The notes below the pieces were generated by a model. The model searched no databases and was not told where the DNA came from. It saw only the letters and a program-made list of their open reading frames with translations. Of a DNA stretch of 46,226 nt, positions 13,460 to 24,970 are shown in pieces. The translations under genes were made by a program, and so were the position numbers. Origin of the DNA: Octopus bimaculoides. Taxonomy: Eukaryota. The stretch covers positions 58,598,056 through 58,644,281 of the forward strand of contig NC_068982.1 in NCBI RefSeq assembly GCF_001194135.2. Reading direction: 5' to 3'. Positions within the stretch are counted from its first letter, which is position 1. Each line of letters begins with the position of its first letter.

Positions 13460-13718
13460 TGTACTCTCCTGTCGAAGAAAGATGTATGAGTGTTCAGCTT
13501 TAGCTGAATAATCTGCACAAATGATTTGTTTATAATGATCAAATGTATGTGCCGTACATTAGCTTACTCCCTTCATCAAATTGGTGTTGCCTGAACAGCC
13601 ACTTGTCAGGTGTCAAAGTGAACACATAGCAACATGAGATGAGGTATTTTGCTCAAGAAGACAGTGCACTTGAAACTATGATCTCACGATCATGAGTGTA
13701 ACACCCTAACTACTAGGC
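13460..13718 (-). mobile_element. tRNA-headed SINE, E-type head with its own body (E2)
   Basis: Reverse strand GCATGGCCTAGTAGTTAGGGTG...CTTGAGCAAAATACCTCATCTCATGTTGCT; head homologous to 34904. Confidence 0.65.
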
Positions 13719-13785
13719 CATGCATTCTCATAATAATAATAATAATGATGCTAACAATGATAATAATAATAATAATGATAATAAC

Positions 13786-14352
13786 CATGACAAGGTAGCC
13801 CAAAACTTTCACTGTCTACTATGCTGGAAGTATGAAAGTATAGTAATGGGTGCTTGGTACCAACATACACCAGAAAAGGGAAAGGCAAAAATCTCTGGGT
13901 CTTTGACTTTCAGACATACATGGGGTTAGAGCACTAAAGGCCAGATATAGTAACCTTTAGGAGGGACAAATAAGCGTACCTAATAAATGATGTGGTAGTG
14001 CCAGGAGATCAACATATTATCATGAAAGAAAGAAGAAAGATAGATAAATATGGAGACCTGAGAATTGAGATGGCCAAGATGTGGCAGCTATGAGAGTCAA
14101 ACACAAAAGTTGTCCCTATTGTCATTGGAGCATTGAGTTCAATACCACTCAACCTGAAGAAACATCTGGAAACTTTAGAAATACCCTACAATCTAGGTGT
14201 ATTGCAAAAATGAGCATTACTTGGAACTGCACACATATTGCATAAAGTACTGTGTCTGAGGTCCTTGTTGTGACTTGACAGATAGTACAAATCCCTGGTA
14301 GACTCAAAAATTTTCAATCAACATCACGATATTGGATACTGTGTGACGTCTT
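13786..14352 (+). mobile_element. 5'-truncated R4/Dong-like non-LTR retrotransposon (RLE domain)
   Basis: HDKVAQ..H...WYQHTPE, RPDIV, DVVVPGD, KIDKYGDLRIEMAKMW, VVPIVIGAL, ALLGTAHIL: the PD..D/K restriction-like endonuclease C-terminus, with frameshifts and stops. Confidence 0.85.
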
Positions 14353-14409
14353 AAATGATAATAAAAATAAATTAAAATTGAGCAAATAAAATGAAAAGAA
14401 TTTTAAATT

Positions 14410-14690
14410 AATTAGGATAGCTGTTTGAGTGTTAGGCTCCTGGTTGTTAGGTGATTATCCGGATTCTTGAACAAAGTGATGTGTTGTCTCCTTAAGCAAG
14501 GTCCTTCACCTGCCTTTCTGCAAGTCTACCCAAATGAAAGTATGTACCAGTGGCAGCTAGGGTTTATTCTGGTGACAGAGTAATATTCTGTCCTGGTGGT
14601 GTGTCAATTACTCCCAACCTTTTAAATGCATCCAGAACCCAGAGGACAAGCCCTGGATTCATGACCTTGTAGCCTTGAGGCATACCGAAA
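14410..14690 (+). mobile_element. Ancient core-type SINE relic
   Basis: GTGTTGTCTCCTTAAGCAAGG core-like segment and decayed downstream motifs. Confidence 0.35.
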
Positions 14691-14849
14691 AGAATAAGCA
14701 TTCTAATCTTCCCGTGGTGTTTAGCTCCATATCAACCTTGGCTGAGAAAATCTTTGCTAAGAACCAATCCAACAATGACAATATATGGATTTCCTTTCTC
14801 CAGTAAATCTAAAAATACTTAACTTAGTGTTTGTTCTTCTCTTGTTTAA

Positions 14850-15070
14850 CCCTTTCATTACCAACCCGACTGAAACCAGCTCTGATTCTGTAGTACAAAT
14901 GTCTCGTTTTCATAAGTTCTAAATTAAAATCTTCCACCAAGCCTTAGTCACAATTTAAGTTCTTAACACTAGCTTCATGATAACCGAGTTATTTTACTAA
15001 ATTCTTTGTTATATCTAAAGTAATTGAAAGAAACATGGAGCATCTCAAAATAAATACAGTAACGAAAGGG
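14850..15070. mobile_element. piggyBac-type MITE, 221 bp
   Basis: TTAA at 14846-14849 and 15071-15074; TIRs CCCTTTCATTAC / GTAACGAAAGGG (11 of 12 match). Confidence 0.85.
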
Positions 15071-15875
15071 TTAAGATTATGAAGGTTCTGATTTGCAGGA
15101 AACTTGATCTCTGCTTCAGCAAGTTAAACAACCTACCTCACTGTTTTTTATTTTTATTTATTTTTTTTTTATTCAGAATATTTCTCCTTGTATAGGTCAG
15201 AATGAATGCATTCCATGTGTGTTTAATATTCCTTTAGGGACCACCAAAATATTTTTTTAAATGGTTACGTTACAATAAAATAGTTGTTTCTTATATGAGG
15301 AATATTTAGAACATGGCAACAACTAAATGAACAAAAGAACTAATCTCCAGGTTATCTTAAGGAAATACTAATTTTTGAGAGAAATTCCAAAGAATTCAGA
15401 CTCTTCAAACTTCACTGGTTTTCCACACTGATGGCAGACTGAAGCCCATTTTCACTATATTATTGGTAATTTCATTAACAAATAATTGCATTTTCTGATA
15501 ATTACATTAACATTACATTACATTACTGATTATTTCATTGATCTTATTTAAAACGATATTAATTAAAAATGTGGAGAATGTCTTACATGATGTTGACAAT
15601 TATGATGATGACGATGATGATGATGGTAGTTGGAAAAGTGGTGTTGGTGGTGACAATTGCAACAACACTGATGTTAATTGTCACCAGCATGAAGTTGGTG
15701 ACAGTGATGATGATGATGATAATTAATATCAACGTTAATACCAAAGATAAGGATGATAATGATGCTGATGACTGCATTGGCAACAATTTAAGTTGCTATT
15801 ATACGCTCTCACTGTAAAGATTTTGTTAAGGATATACTCATGCTGATAATAATATTGATAATTACTTTCATTTTG

Positions 15876-15928
<53 letters not shown>

Positions 15929-15999
15929 GTGTGTGTGTAAACTGATAAACTATATATATATATATATATATATTGAGAGAGAGAAAGAGATAGATATAT

Positions 16000-16124
16000 T
16001 CGTTTCTACTTTAGGCACAAGGCTAAAAATTTTGGGAGAGGGAACCAGTCAATTAGATCGACCCCAGAATGCAATTGGTACTTAATTTATTAACTCCCAA
16101 AAGGATGAAAGGTAAAGTCGACCT
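16000..16124 (-). mobile_element. SINE family C, 3' half
   Basis: TTCTACTTTAGGCACAAGG tail through GGTAAAGTCGACC. Confidence 0.75.
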
Positions 16125-16133
16125 TATATATAT

Positions 16134-16228
16134 ATTAACTGATAAACTGTATATATGTATTATTAACTGATAAACTGTATATATGTATTATTAACTGATA
16201 AACTATATATATGTATTATTAACTGATA

Positions 16229-16266
<38 letters not shown>
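16134..16266. repeat. 28-bp minisatellite ATTAACTGATAAACTGTATATATGTATT (3 units, the fourth expanding into (TA)n)
   Basis: Units start at 16134, 16162, 16190, 16218. Confidence 0.9.
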
Positions 16267-16269
<3 letters not shown>

Positions 16270-16271
16270 CT

Positions 16272-16307
<36 letters not shown>

Positions 16308-16833
16308 CACACGCACACGCACACACACAGAGACGAACCCATGCCAGCAGGGAATGCATATGCTAAATGATGATGATGATGATGAGTATGTATGTATAAT
16401 TGTAATGCATTTATAGTGTTAATAATGCCATTGTTATTAACTGAATATAATAATAATTAAACACATTATCACAATATTATTTGTAACCATTTCTAATTAG
16501 TTCATCATAGCTAGTGCATTGGTATTAATCCTATTAAACGGTATAACTAATTACTTGCTTAATCAAGTGAAAGCGAGACAACTGCTGGCTCGGTTGCAAT
16601 GTCTTGAGCTTGAGATTAAATGGATTTCTGTCACATATAAATACATGTGACTAAGTGTTATTAATCATTAGGAGAAAAGGAAATAAGAGCTATGTAAACT
16701 GTAACAAAGATTTACATAGTCTGCTTTGAAATCCAAATATCATTTAAATACTATTTCTTAAGACTAGATTTATTTTCTTTGCTTTTGCATCTGGTTTGCA
16801 AGATTCTTTATATGAATTCTTGTGTTGAAACAA

Positions 16834-17001
16834 ATTTTGTTGTGTCTGGGGAGAGTCATTATACCAATGTTATTAACACTTGCACTGGTTCAATTAGTTA
16901 GTTGGATATTTAACGAATTGACTAATAATAAAGAAGTGGAATTGAACCAGTGCATGTGTTAATAATATTGGCATAATGACACTCCTTAGACACAACTAAA
17001 T
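16834..17001. mobile_element. Foldback element/MITE with ~57-bp inverted arms
   Basis: Arm 16839-16895 versus 16940-16996, 6 mismatches, 44-nt spacer. Confidence 0.8.
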
Positions 17002-17029
17002 GTATTATTTTCATTATTTAGGATGGCAA

Positions 17030-17790
17030 AGATATCAAACTGGCAGAATCATTAGCATGCTACACAAAATGCTTAGCAACATTTGATTAGTCTTTACATT
17101 CTGAGTTCAAATTCTGCCAAGGTCAGATTTGCCTTTTGTGGTTGATAAAATAAATATATTTTGAATACTGGGGTCAATATAAGTCAACTATCCCCCTTCC
17201 CTGAAATTACTAGCCTTGTACTGCCAAATCTGAAACCATTATTGATGGTAGCAAGCTGGCAGAATTGTTAGGCATTTAAAGCAGCAAAACGTTAGCACGC
17301 CGGGTGAAATACTTACAGGTATTTCATCTGCCGCTATGTTCTGAGTTCAAATTTCACCAAGGTCGACTTTGCCTTTCATCCTTTCGGGTCGATTAAATAA
17401 GTATCAGTTGCGCACTGGGGTCGATATAATCAACCTAATCCGTTTGTCTGTCCTTGTTTGTCCCCTCTGTGTGCAGTAAAGAAATAAGAAACGTTAGTAC
17501 GCCGGATGAAATGCTTAACGGTATTTCGTCTGCCATTACATTCTGAGTTCAAATTCCACCAAGGTCGACTTTGCTTTTCATCCTTTCGGAGTCGACAAAT
17601 TAAGTACCAATTGTGCAGTGGGGTCGATGTAATCGACTTAATCCCTTTGTCTGTCCTTGTTTATCCCCTCTATGTTTAGCCTCTTGTAAAGAAATAAGAA
17701 TTGTTAAGCATCAGTAAAAGTACTTGACAGCATTTGTTCCAACTTGTTATATTCTGAAATCAAATTCTGCCAACGTTCATATTTGGTCAA
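17030..17790 (+). mobile_element. Nested/tandem cluster of four family C SINEs
   Basis: C1 17030-17243; C2 head 17244-17275, resuming at 17698; young dimer 17276-17697. Confidence 0.85.
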
Positions 17791-17797
17791 TGTTCAT

Positions 17798-17970
17798 AGG
17801 TGCAGGGCAGTGTGGCTAAGAGGTTTCCTTTGTAATTGTATAGTTTTGGGTTCACTCCCACAGCATGGCCCATGGTACATTGGGTAGGTGTCTTCTGCTA
17901 TAGCCTTAGGGCAACCAATACCTTGTGAGTGAATTTGGTAGACAAAAACTGTGTTGAAATCCATCATATA
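17798..17970 (+). mobile_element. SINE family B, 5' half (old)
   Basis: GGGTTCACTCC B-box, GTGTCTTCTGCTATAGCC, ends in the (TA)n centre. Confidence 0.65.
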
Positions 17971-18454
17971 TATGCATATATGTGTATGTGCATGTATCTA
18001 TATATCTAATAATACAAATGATATGTGAGTATATGCATATATACGTACATGTATGTACATACCTACATCTACATGTATATATATATAGATGTATATCTGG
18101 GTACAGGACATCACAAAAAAACGTGGACAAAAGGAAAAACAACAAAAACAGAGCACAGAAAACACACAGGCCACATAGAGAACATTTCCTTCATCAGCTG
18201 CCACCATTCTAACCTAAGCGTTTCGAAGAGTTAGGGTAGGACGCATTGTTAGAATGGCTCTTCCTGCAGAAACAAATTAAATGAAATTTGTAATGCGGAG
18301 GAATATAGTGAAGAACGGAAAACACGACAGAAAAACGAAACAGTGGATACATATAAAAGATTAGGATTCAAGTGACCCAGGTAAGGCTTATAGAATCATG
18401 AAGGTGCATATGCCATTGATTTTTTAATGTTTCTAAATGTTGTGGGTCATGTAT

Positions 18455-18537
18455 TTCACCTGATGAAAATGGATTTTTCTAATGACGTAATGTCTCCATT
18501 AATCAATTTAAAATTTATTGGAAACAGCTGTAGTGAA
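18455..18537 (+). ncRNA. Type I hammerhead ribozyme motif (probably decayed)
   Basis: TTCAC(18455-59) CTGATGA(18460-66) long stem II, GAAAC AGCT GTA(18521-32) GTGAA(18533-37); palindromic stem III ACAGCTGT; base of stem II is an A-G mismatch. Confidence 0.6.
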
Positions 18538-18759
18538 TTAACACATTATCCATCTGTTATTTATATATAGATTTGTGTATGTGTATGTGTGTGTCTTTAT
18601 CCCCTACCATGCTTGACAATTGGGGTTGACTTGTTTGACTAAAACCCTTCAAGGAAATGTCCCCAGCATGGCCACAGACCAAAGAATATAAAAGAAAAGA
18701 TACTTCTTTATCACAAGAACTGTAATGATCCATTTCTTTCCCAAATTCTAGGTAAAACA

Positions 18760-18945
18760 AGACAATCCTGGTAGGAAGAGTAGAGGAGGAGAGAGGAAGA
18801 GATTGTCAAAGATGCTTGTCAGCTGACAACATTGCAGAATGGACTGAAGACAAGAACATTGTTAATTGCATGCAACACAACATGCAGGGAACTGGGCAGT
18901 CTTGGTAAGCTGACCCCTGGACACAAGAACGGCACATAGCTGATG
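18760..18945 (+). mobile_element. RTE LINE ORF 3'-end relic
   Basis: KTILVGRV.....RGR and DNIAEWT resemble the RTE C-terminus ILxGxVEGxRxRGRP..W.DNI.EWT. Confidence 0.55.
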
Positions 18946-19449
18946 TATCAATTAAGCTTGCTTTTTTTAAAAAAAAGAATTACATCTGCATTACCATAAA
19001 TTGAATTTCGGATATATATATATGCATGCATGTGTGTGTGTATATATGTATATATAAGTGACCATGTTAGTCTAAATTCTGGAAGAGAGAGAGACAGTTT
19101 TATGAACTGGAGTAGTTGTCTTAGAAAGATCATTACAACACAACAAAATATAGTGTTTTTCAATGTCTTGCTAGCCTGGTTGAGGCTCACACTGTTATCT
19201 TTATGAATTTGTTTTGCCAGATTCTTGATGTGGAATTGTGGGTTATATTTCATGATGGTCATGCTTTTCTTTTTGCCAAATAAACACACATACTATATAT
19301 TCATTCTTCACTTGTTTATTATTGTTCTTATTTTATCTTACATCCACTGTCTGGAAATCTTTTGTCACACATCTGTGACCTCTTCAGCGACTTATCCATC
19401 CAAGTGTATCCTACTGTTCTGTTTAGTCCATTTTGTCAGAATCAACTAT

Positions 19450-19495
<46 letters not shown>

Positions 19496-20174
19496 GGTGT
19501 GGGGGAGTACAATTGTTGTGGGGTTGAGGGGCTGAATTTACTGATCACATTGTTATAATGTCAAGCCTTAATGCTACAACCATTGTACCATTCAGTAAAC
19601 TCTGCTAGCTACACAAATAGGGAGATATGTTAGATAATATAAACCTAGATACACTAATGCCTTAAACCAAGATGGGATGATTACAGTTGGAATGTGTTCA
19701 GTCTTTGATAGGTTTGCTCAGTCAGAGCTGATCTGTAGCCAGTAGCAAAGTTAAGGATCTGGCACTTTTATCAAGGCACCACTTTTGAGTCTGCTGTATG
19801 GGCCTGTAATGGGGATGGAGAGCAAGGGAGTGCAGTAAACTCAAGGGCAGCCTTGGATGGCACACACAGTAACTATGCCACAGTCTGTGGTTTAACAACA
19901 ACAACAATCACTTCTTGTTCTATTCACTTTGGTTGATTTTTACAAGATAAAAGTCCTACACCCTACTTCAAATTTAGCAATTGGAAAGACATGCAGCTTG
20001 AAAGACAATCATTCTAACAAAATAGAATATTTAAAAAGCAACATCTCATCCACTCAAGCATGGGAAAATGTCCATTAACTTACTCACTGAACTTTTTAAA
20101 CTGTCTTATTTTCAACTCCCTTATGCTTATGGGTGAAGTATATAAAGATTCTAACTGTTTTATTGGTTATTAAG

Positions 20175-20300
20175 AACTTATGTATGGTCAATTTACCTGC
20201 TAGAAATGGCATCCAAATTCCTTTCAAATAACACTTTGTTGTTGCTGCCTTTAAAGAAAGAAAAGACATGATTGGATAATGTGGTTTCAGAGATAAAATA
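20175..20300 (-). repeat. Unclassified dispersed repeat (family F), copy 1
   Basis: Homologous, inverted, to part of 29085-29275 (TGATTTGAGG..TGGCTGCTATTTCTA motif). Confidence 0.5.
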
Positions 20301-20511
20301 AAGTATCAGTCAATAATAGGAGTTGATATAATCGATTGTCTTGGTCAGACCAAAATCCTGGCCTTGTGCTCATGAAAAAAATCAATATCCACAGTGAAAC
20401 CAAGATAGTTGACTTAAATTAAGGAGAATACAGCTGCTTATTTCTAATGGACATCGTTTTGTTAAGATCTGAGTGGATAAGGTAAAGGCTCAACCAAGTT
20501 GTAAATAATAC

Positions 20512-20627
20512 ATCTCTGTAACTTAGCAGTTCAGCAAGAGAACCTAATAGAACAAGTACCAAGCTTTAAGCACAAAATAGGCACTGAGATTGATTTGACT
20601 AAAAGCCTTCAAAGCATATTTTCCAGC
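20512..20627 (+). mobile_element. SINE family B, 3' fragment
   Basis: GTAACTTAGCAGTTCAGCAA...TAGAACAAGTACC. Confidence 0.6.
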
Positions 20628-21461
20628 TTTTACTTTTTCCTCTGATTGGAACAAGTAAAATATGGAAAATAAAAGATTCACTTGTAATTGATCAAAGCTG
20701 CCAACATTCTTGATTATGCATCTTCTCAATTAACTTCCTGAAGGTTCCAGAATATTCTGTGAGGAGCTTTTATGTTACAGTAGAGAAATCAGGGGTCATG
20801 CCCTGAAGACAACTATGAGCATCTTGTATTGTCTGTCTGAATTCTGATCTACTGCATTTGATGGTATGAAAGACATATGAGCATATTTCATGGACTCCAA
20901 TTTCAGTAATGTATATTAAGGAAAAAATGTCTTAGTTCATTAAAGCATGTAATATAGGCCCAACTTTGCATATAAGACTCAGGGTAATTTCTTGAGACAG
21001 CTTTATGGAAAAAAAAAAAGTGCATCTTATATGTTATCAATTACGGTAATATTCTCTCCTTTTTTTTTTATGCTGCTTAACCTTTTGCCTGTCCAAAGCA
21101 TTTTCATAAGTTTATCCTAAACATCCATGCTTGTTTTCAGACTTATAGTTAACCCCTGTTCATATGTTGAGTTATATAAAGCTTTCCCTTCCTAAGTCCC
21201 AAGTTATTCTGGTGGGTGAAACAAAGTGGGAATGCATGACATATATGATGCACAATTGCCAGAGTATCACATGTGGTACATAGGATAGGTAAGATGTTAT
21301 AAAAATGATTCCATTGCCTTCCTGCTCTATCCTTTATCTAAGAATTCCTGATGTATTTCATATAAGATATTAGAAGTTTGCTAGTCTTACTAAAGGCTGT
21401 GAATTTCATTTCATTAGGGAAGGAAGCAAGTTTTCCTTCACTGCTTGAGAACTATGTTTAT

Positions 21462-21569
21462 GTCACTGTAACTTAGTGGTTTGACCAAAGAGTCCGACAG
21501 AATAAGTATCAGGCTTAAAAAGAAAAGTACTGGGGTCAATTCATGACTGAAATAAGTAAAAGATAAAAG
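21462..21569 (+). mobile_element. SINE family B, 3' fragment
   Basis: GTAACTTAGTGG...GAATAAGTA...CTGGGGTCAAT...GTAAAAGA tail. Confidence 0.65.
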
Positions 21570-21959
21570 AAGCTACTAAAATAGCTAACATTAGTAAAAT
21601 GGTGAAGCCATAAGATACTGCCTCACAACATCCATTCAACCAATGACTGCACAGAAAAATGGAGGCAAAACGATGCCAAGATTGCAGTCTGTTGCATGTA
21701 CAACTAGTATGGATACAGATAATACATGTTTCGTTGAATATCACCGGAAATGGCAGAACTGGAGAGAGACAGACAGACTGACACACAAATATACATACAT
21801 ATGATAGAAGAGACACAGAAGAGATATGAAAATGTGAAAATGTTTTATGATTATTTTGTACAACCTTGTTTTCAGATATAATATTAATTGTGTCTTGCAT
21901 CATTAGAGAAAAGAAAGCTATCAGAATATGGTAAAGACTGTTTGGATTCATTTTCAGTT

Positions 21960-22160
21960 CATTGATGCTGAGGGTTAACTTCTGGCATGGGTTGTACAGT
22001 TTGACAGGATCCAGTGAATAGCTTCACTACATCAAACTTCTATGTCAACTTTGGCATAGTTTTTACAGTTAGACGCCCTTTGCTAACAACCACTTTACAG
22101 GGTGTACTGGGAATTTTTTTCATATGCCTCTGGCACTAGTAAGGTAACTTACAAGATAGG
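21960..22160 (-). mobile_element. Degenerate family A-like retroposon
   Basis: GACGCCCTTTGCTAACAACCACTTTACAGGGTGTACTGG is the reverse complement of the family A RTE-tail region. Confidence 0.55.
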
Positions 22161-22305
22161 AAAAGAACAAAAAAAAAATCCCTGAGCTATGTGGGAAGAG
22201 AGTATTTAAAAGGGTGAGGTGAGTTTATGCTAGGTATCAAGAGGGTATGCTATGATAGATGATAATGGGACAAATACATGGTTACTCTGCATTTGATAAG
22301 AATGG

Positions 22306-22359
22306 ATGGGAGTGACTGGGAAGAAAATAAAAATGGGAGTGACTGGGAAGAAAATAAAA
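22306..22359. repeat. Perfect 27-bp tandem duplication
   Basis: ATGGGAGTGACTGGGAAGAAAATAAAA x2. Confidence 0.9.
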
Positions 22360-22559
22360 ATGGTAGTGATGGTGGGTGCAGAGCAAACTCTGAAGGGACA
22401 AGAAAAGGAACATAAGAAAGGATACAGACAGTAGATTAGGATGTAAAGGAGAAGTGGATTTAATAGAGAGAAACTGAAAGAAGCTTGTCATATATATGTG
22501 TGTGTGTATGTGTGTTACTGCCTTCTTGCATTGATATCCTGAGATATTTGTATGAGAAA

Positions 22560-22850
22560 GCATGCAGCTTTGTGTTTAGGGTAGTTGGTTCACAACCATA
22601 AGGTTGCGAGTTTGACTACTAGCAGTGTGTTGTGTTCTTGAGTGAGACACTCAGCTGGCAAAAACGAGTGGTACCTGTTTTTCTAAGGGTTAGCCTTGTC
22701 ACATTCTGTCATGCTGGAAATTCTTGAGAACTACACGGTTACATATGTCTGTGGTGTGCTCAGCCCCTTACATGTTAATTTCATGAGCAGGCTGTTCTGT
22801 TTACCAGATCAGCTGGAATTCTCATCATCATAACCGACAGAGTGCCAATA
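22560..22850 (+). mobile_element. Chimeric SINE: E-type head with family D body
   Basis: GTGTTGTGTTCTTGAG core as at 34904, then AAGGGTTAGCCTTGTCAC...GAGCAGGCTGTTC...GACAGAGTGCCAA as in 35634-36018. Confidence 0.7.
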
Positions 22851-22869
22851 AGTATCACCATAACCCAAA

Positions 22870-23055
22870 TGGTGTCAGTTCATTTCCAATCTTCTAATAT
22901 AAACATCTCGTCAAAGGTAAATATTACCTTACTTGGAAAAAGTGAGAATTAGTGACAGGAAGGGCATCCGGTCACAGAAACTCCACCTCAACAAGTTTTG
23001 TCCATCCCATGAGAGCATGGAAAAAATGAACATTATGGTGATGATGAAGATAATA
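22870..23055 (+). mobile_element. Family A-like RTE-tailed retroposon
   Basis: GACAGGAAGGGCATCCGG...GAGCATGGAAAA...(GAT)n. Confidence 0.65.
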
Positions 23056-23154
23056 ATGTCTATTACTTAATGGTTTGTTGCATTTTTTTGACCAGATCAC
23101 TGACATAATATCACTGCTTCTAAAGGTGTGACAAAATTTTTTGACACATCCTTA

Positions 23155-23540
23155 TAGACTGCTTTACATTCTGAGTTCAAACTCTGCCAAGGTCAACTTT
23201 TCCTTTTATCCTTTTGGAACCAATGAAATAAGTACCAGTCATGCACTGGGGTCAATTTAATCAACTGTCCCCTTCCCCCAAAATTTAGGCCTTGTGTCTA
23301 CAGCAGAAAGGATTATTAAGAAATAAAGGCAGTAAGCTGGCAGAATCATTAGCATGCCAGACAAATTCTTAGGAACATTTCTTCTAGCTTATGTTCTGAG
23401 TTCAAATTCCGCTGAGGTTGATTTAGTATTTCATCCTTTCAGAGGTGATGAAATAAATACCAATTGAACACTGAAGTTGATGCAACTGACTGGCGTCGTC
23501 CAAAATTTAAAGATTGTGCCTATAGTAGAAAGAAATTAAG
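23155..23540 (+). mobile_element. Two head-to-tail family C SINEs
   Basis: Copy 1 ends GAAAGGATTATT at ~23316; copy 2 starts AAGGCAGTAAGCTGGCAG at ~23326. Confidence 0.8.
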
Positions 23541-24299
23541 AAATAAATGAGAAGTGAATTTGTGCTCTTAAGTGACAAAAATGGCTCATTGCCTCTTTTA
23601 TATTGCTTCCATGCTTGCTTTCCTGTATATGTTTCTATCCTCTACATTCTTGCAACGTTTTTGCAGTGTCCTCTCATGTATTACCTTGTGGCAAATATTA
23701 TAATAATAATAATAATAATAATCATTATTATTACTACTACCTTTATCATTGTTATTGTTACTACCATTACTATGTGTAGAGATGAAGATAGACTCACATA
23801 GAAAAACATTCAAAGCAAAGCAGTGGTGGAGTAGTAGTAGTAATAGTAGTAGTGGTGGTGGTGGTGGTGGCTAAAGGACAGGGGATGGTGGTCATGATAA
23901 TCAACATACATCACTGGAACCAATTAGTGAATGGTCTAAGAAGAGAATTTGTTTGATCTGGAACGGTTTAATGACTGAGATAATTGCCATTAAACAACTT
24001 ATCATTTCACTGATAATTTCACATTAAAAATACATTCAGTAATAATAATAATAATAATAATAGTAACTATAATGATAAAACAAACAACAACCAAAATGAA
24101 TATATAAATTGAAGGAAGATATAACAACAAAAATATTAAGTAAATAAAGACACAATGAATAAGAGTTGTTTTTGTTGTTACTTTTTGTTCATTTAAAGTA
24201 AGAAATTTTGATTATTATATCTAGATACGACAAGTAAATGACTGGCGGGGAAATAACAACAGCAACAACATGTATAATAATAATAACAACAACAATAAT

Positions 24300-24940
24300 G
24301 ATTTCAAAATTTAGCACAAGGCCCGCAATTTAGGGGGACGGGTAACTCAATTACATCAACCCCAATAATGAAGGAGTATTTATTTTATCGACCCCCAAAA
24401 GGATGAAAGGCAAAGTCAGTCTCAGTGGAATTTGAACTCAGAATGTAAAGACAGATGAGATGTTATTAAACATTTTGACCGGTGTGCTAATGATTCTGCC
24501 AGCTCTCCAATTTATAATAATAATCCTTTCTACTAAAGGCACAAAACCAGAAAATTGTGAGGAGGGGACTAGTCAATTACATCAATCCCAGTGCGTAACT
24601 GGTACTTAATTTATCAACTCCAAAAGGATGAAAGGCAAAGTCGACCACGGTGGAATTTGAACTTAGAATGTTAGGACGGATGAAATGCCACTAAGCATTT
24701 TGCCTGGTGTGCTAACAATTCTGTCAAATCCTTTCTACTAAAAACACAAGGCTTGAAATTTGGTGGGTGGCAACTGGTCGATTACATTAACCCCAGAGTT
24801 TCACTGGTTCTTAATTTATCGACCCTGAAAGGATGAAAGGCAAAGTTGACCTTGGCATAATTTGAACTCAGAATATAATAATGGGTGAAATACCACTAAG
24901 CATTTCATCCAGCATGCTAACAGTTCTGTCAGCTTGCCAC
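24300..24940 (-). mobile_element. Three head-to-tail family C SINEs
   Basis: Approximately 24300-24510, 24520-24725 and 24726-24940; AAGGATGAAAGGCAAAG present in each. Confidence 0.85.
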
Positions 24941-24970
24941 TTTAATAATGATGATAATCTTTTATGCAAT

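Noticed and set aside
17276-17700. CRISPR-like or satellite array
   Set aside because: Units are ~210-bp SINE monomers without unique spacers
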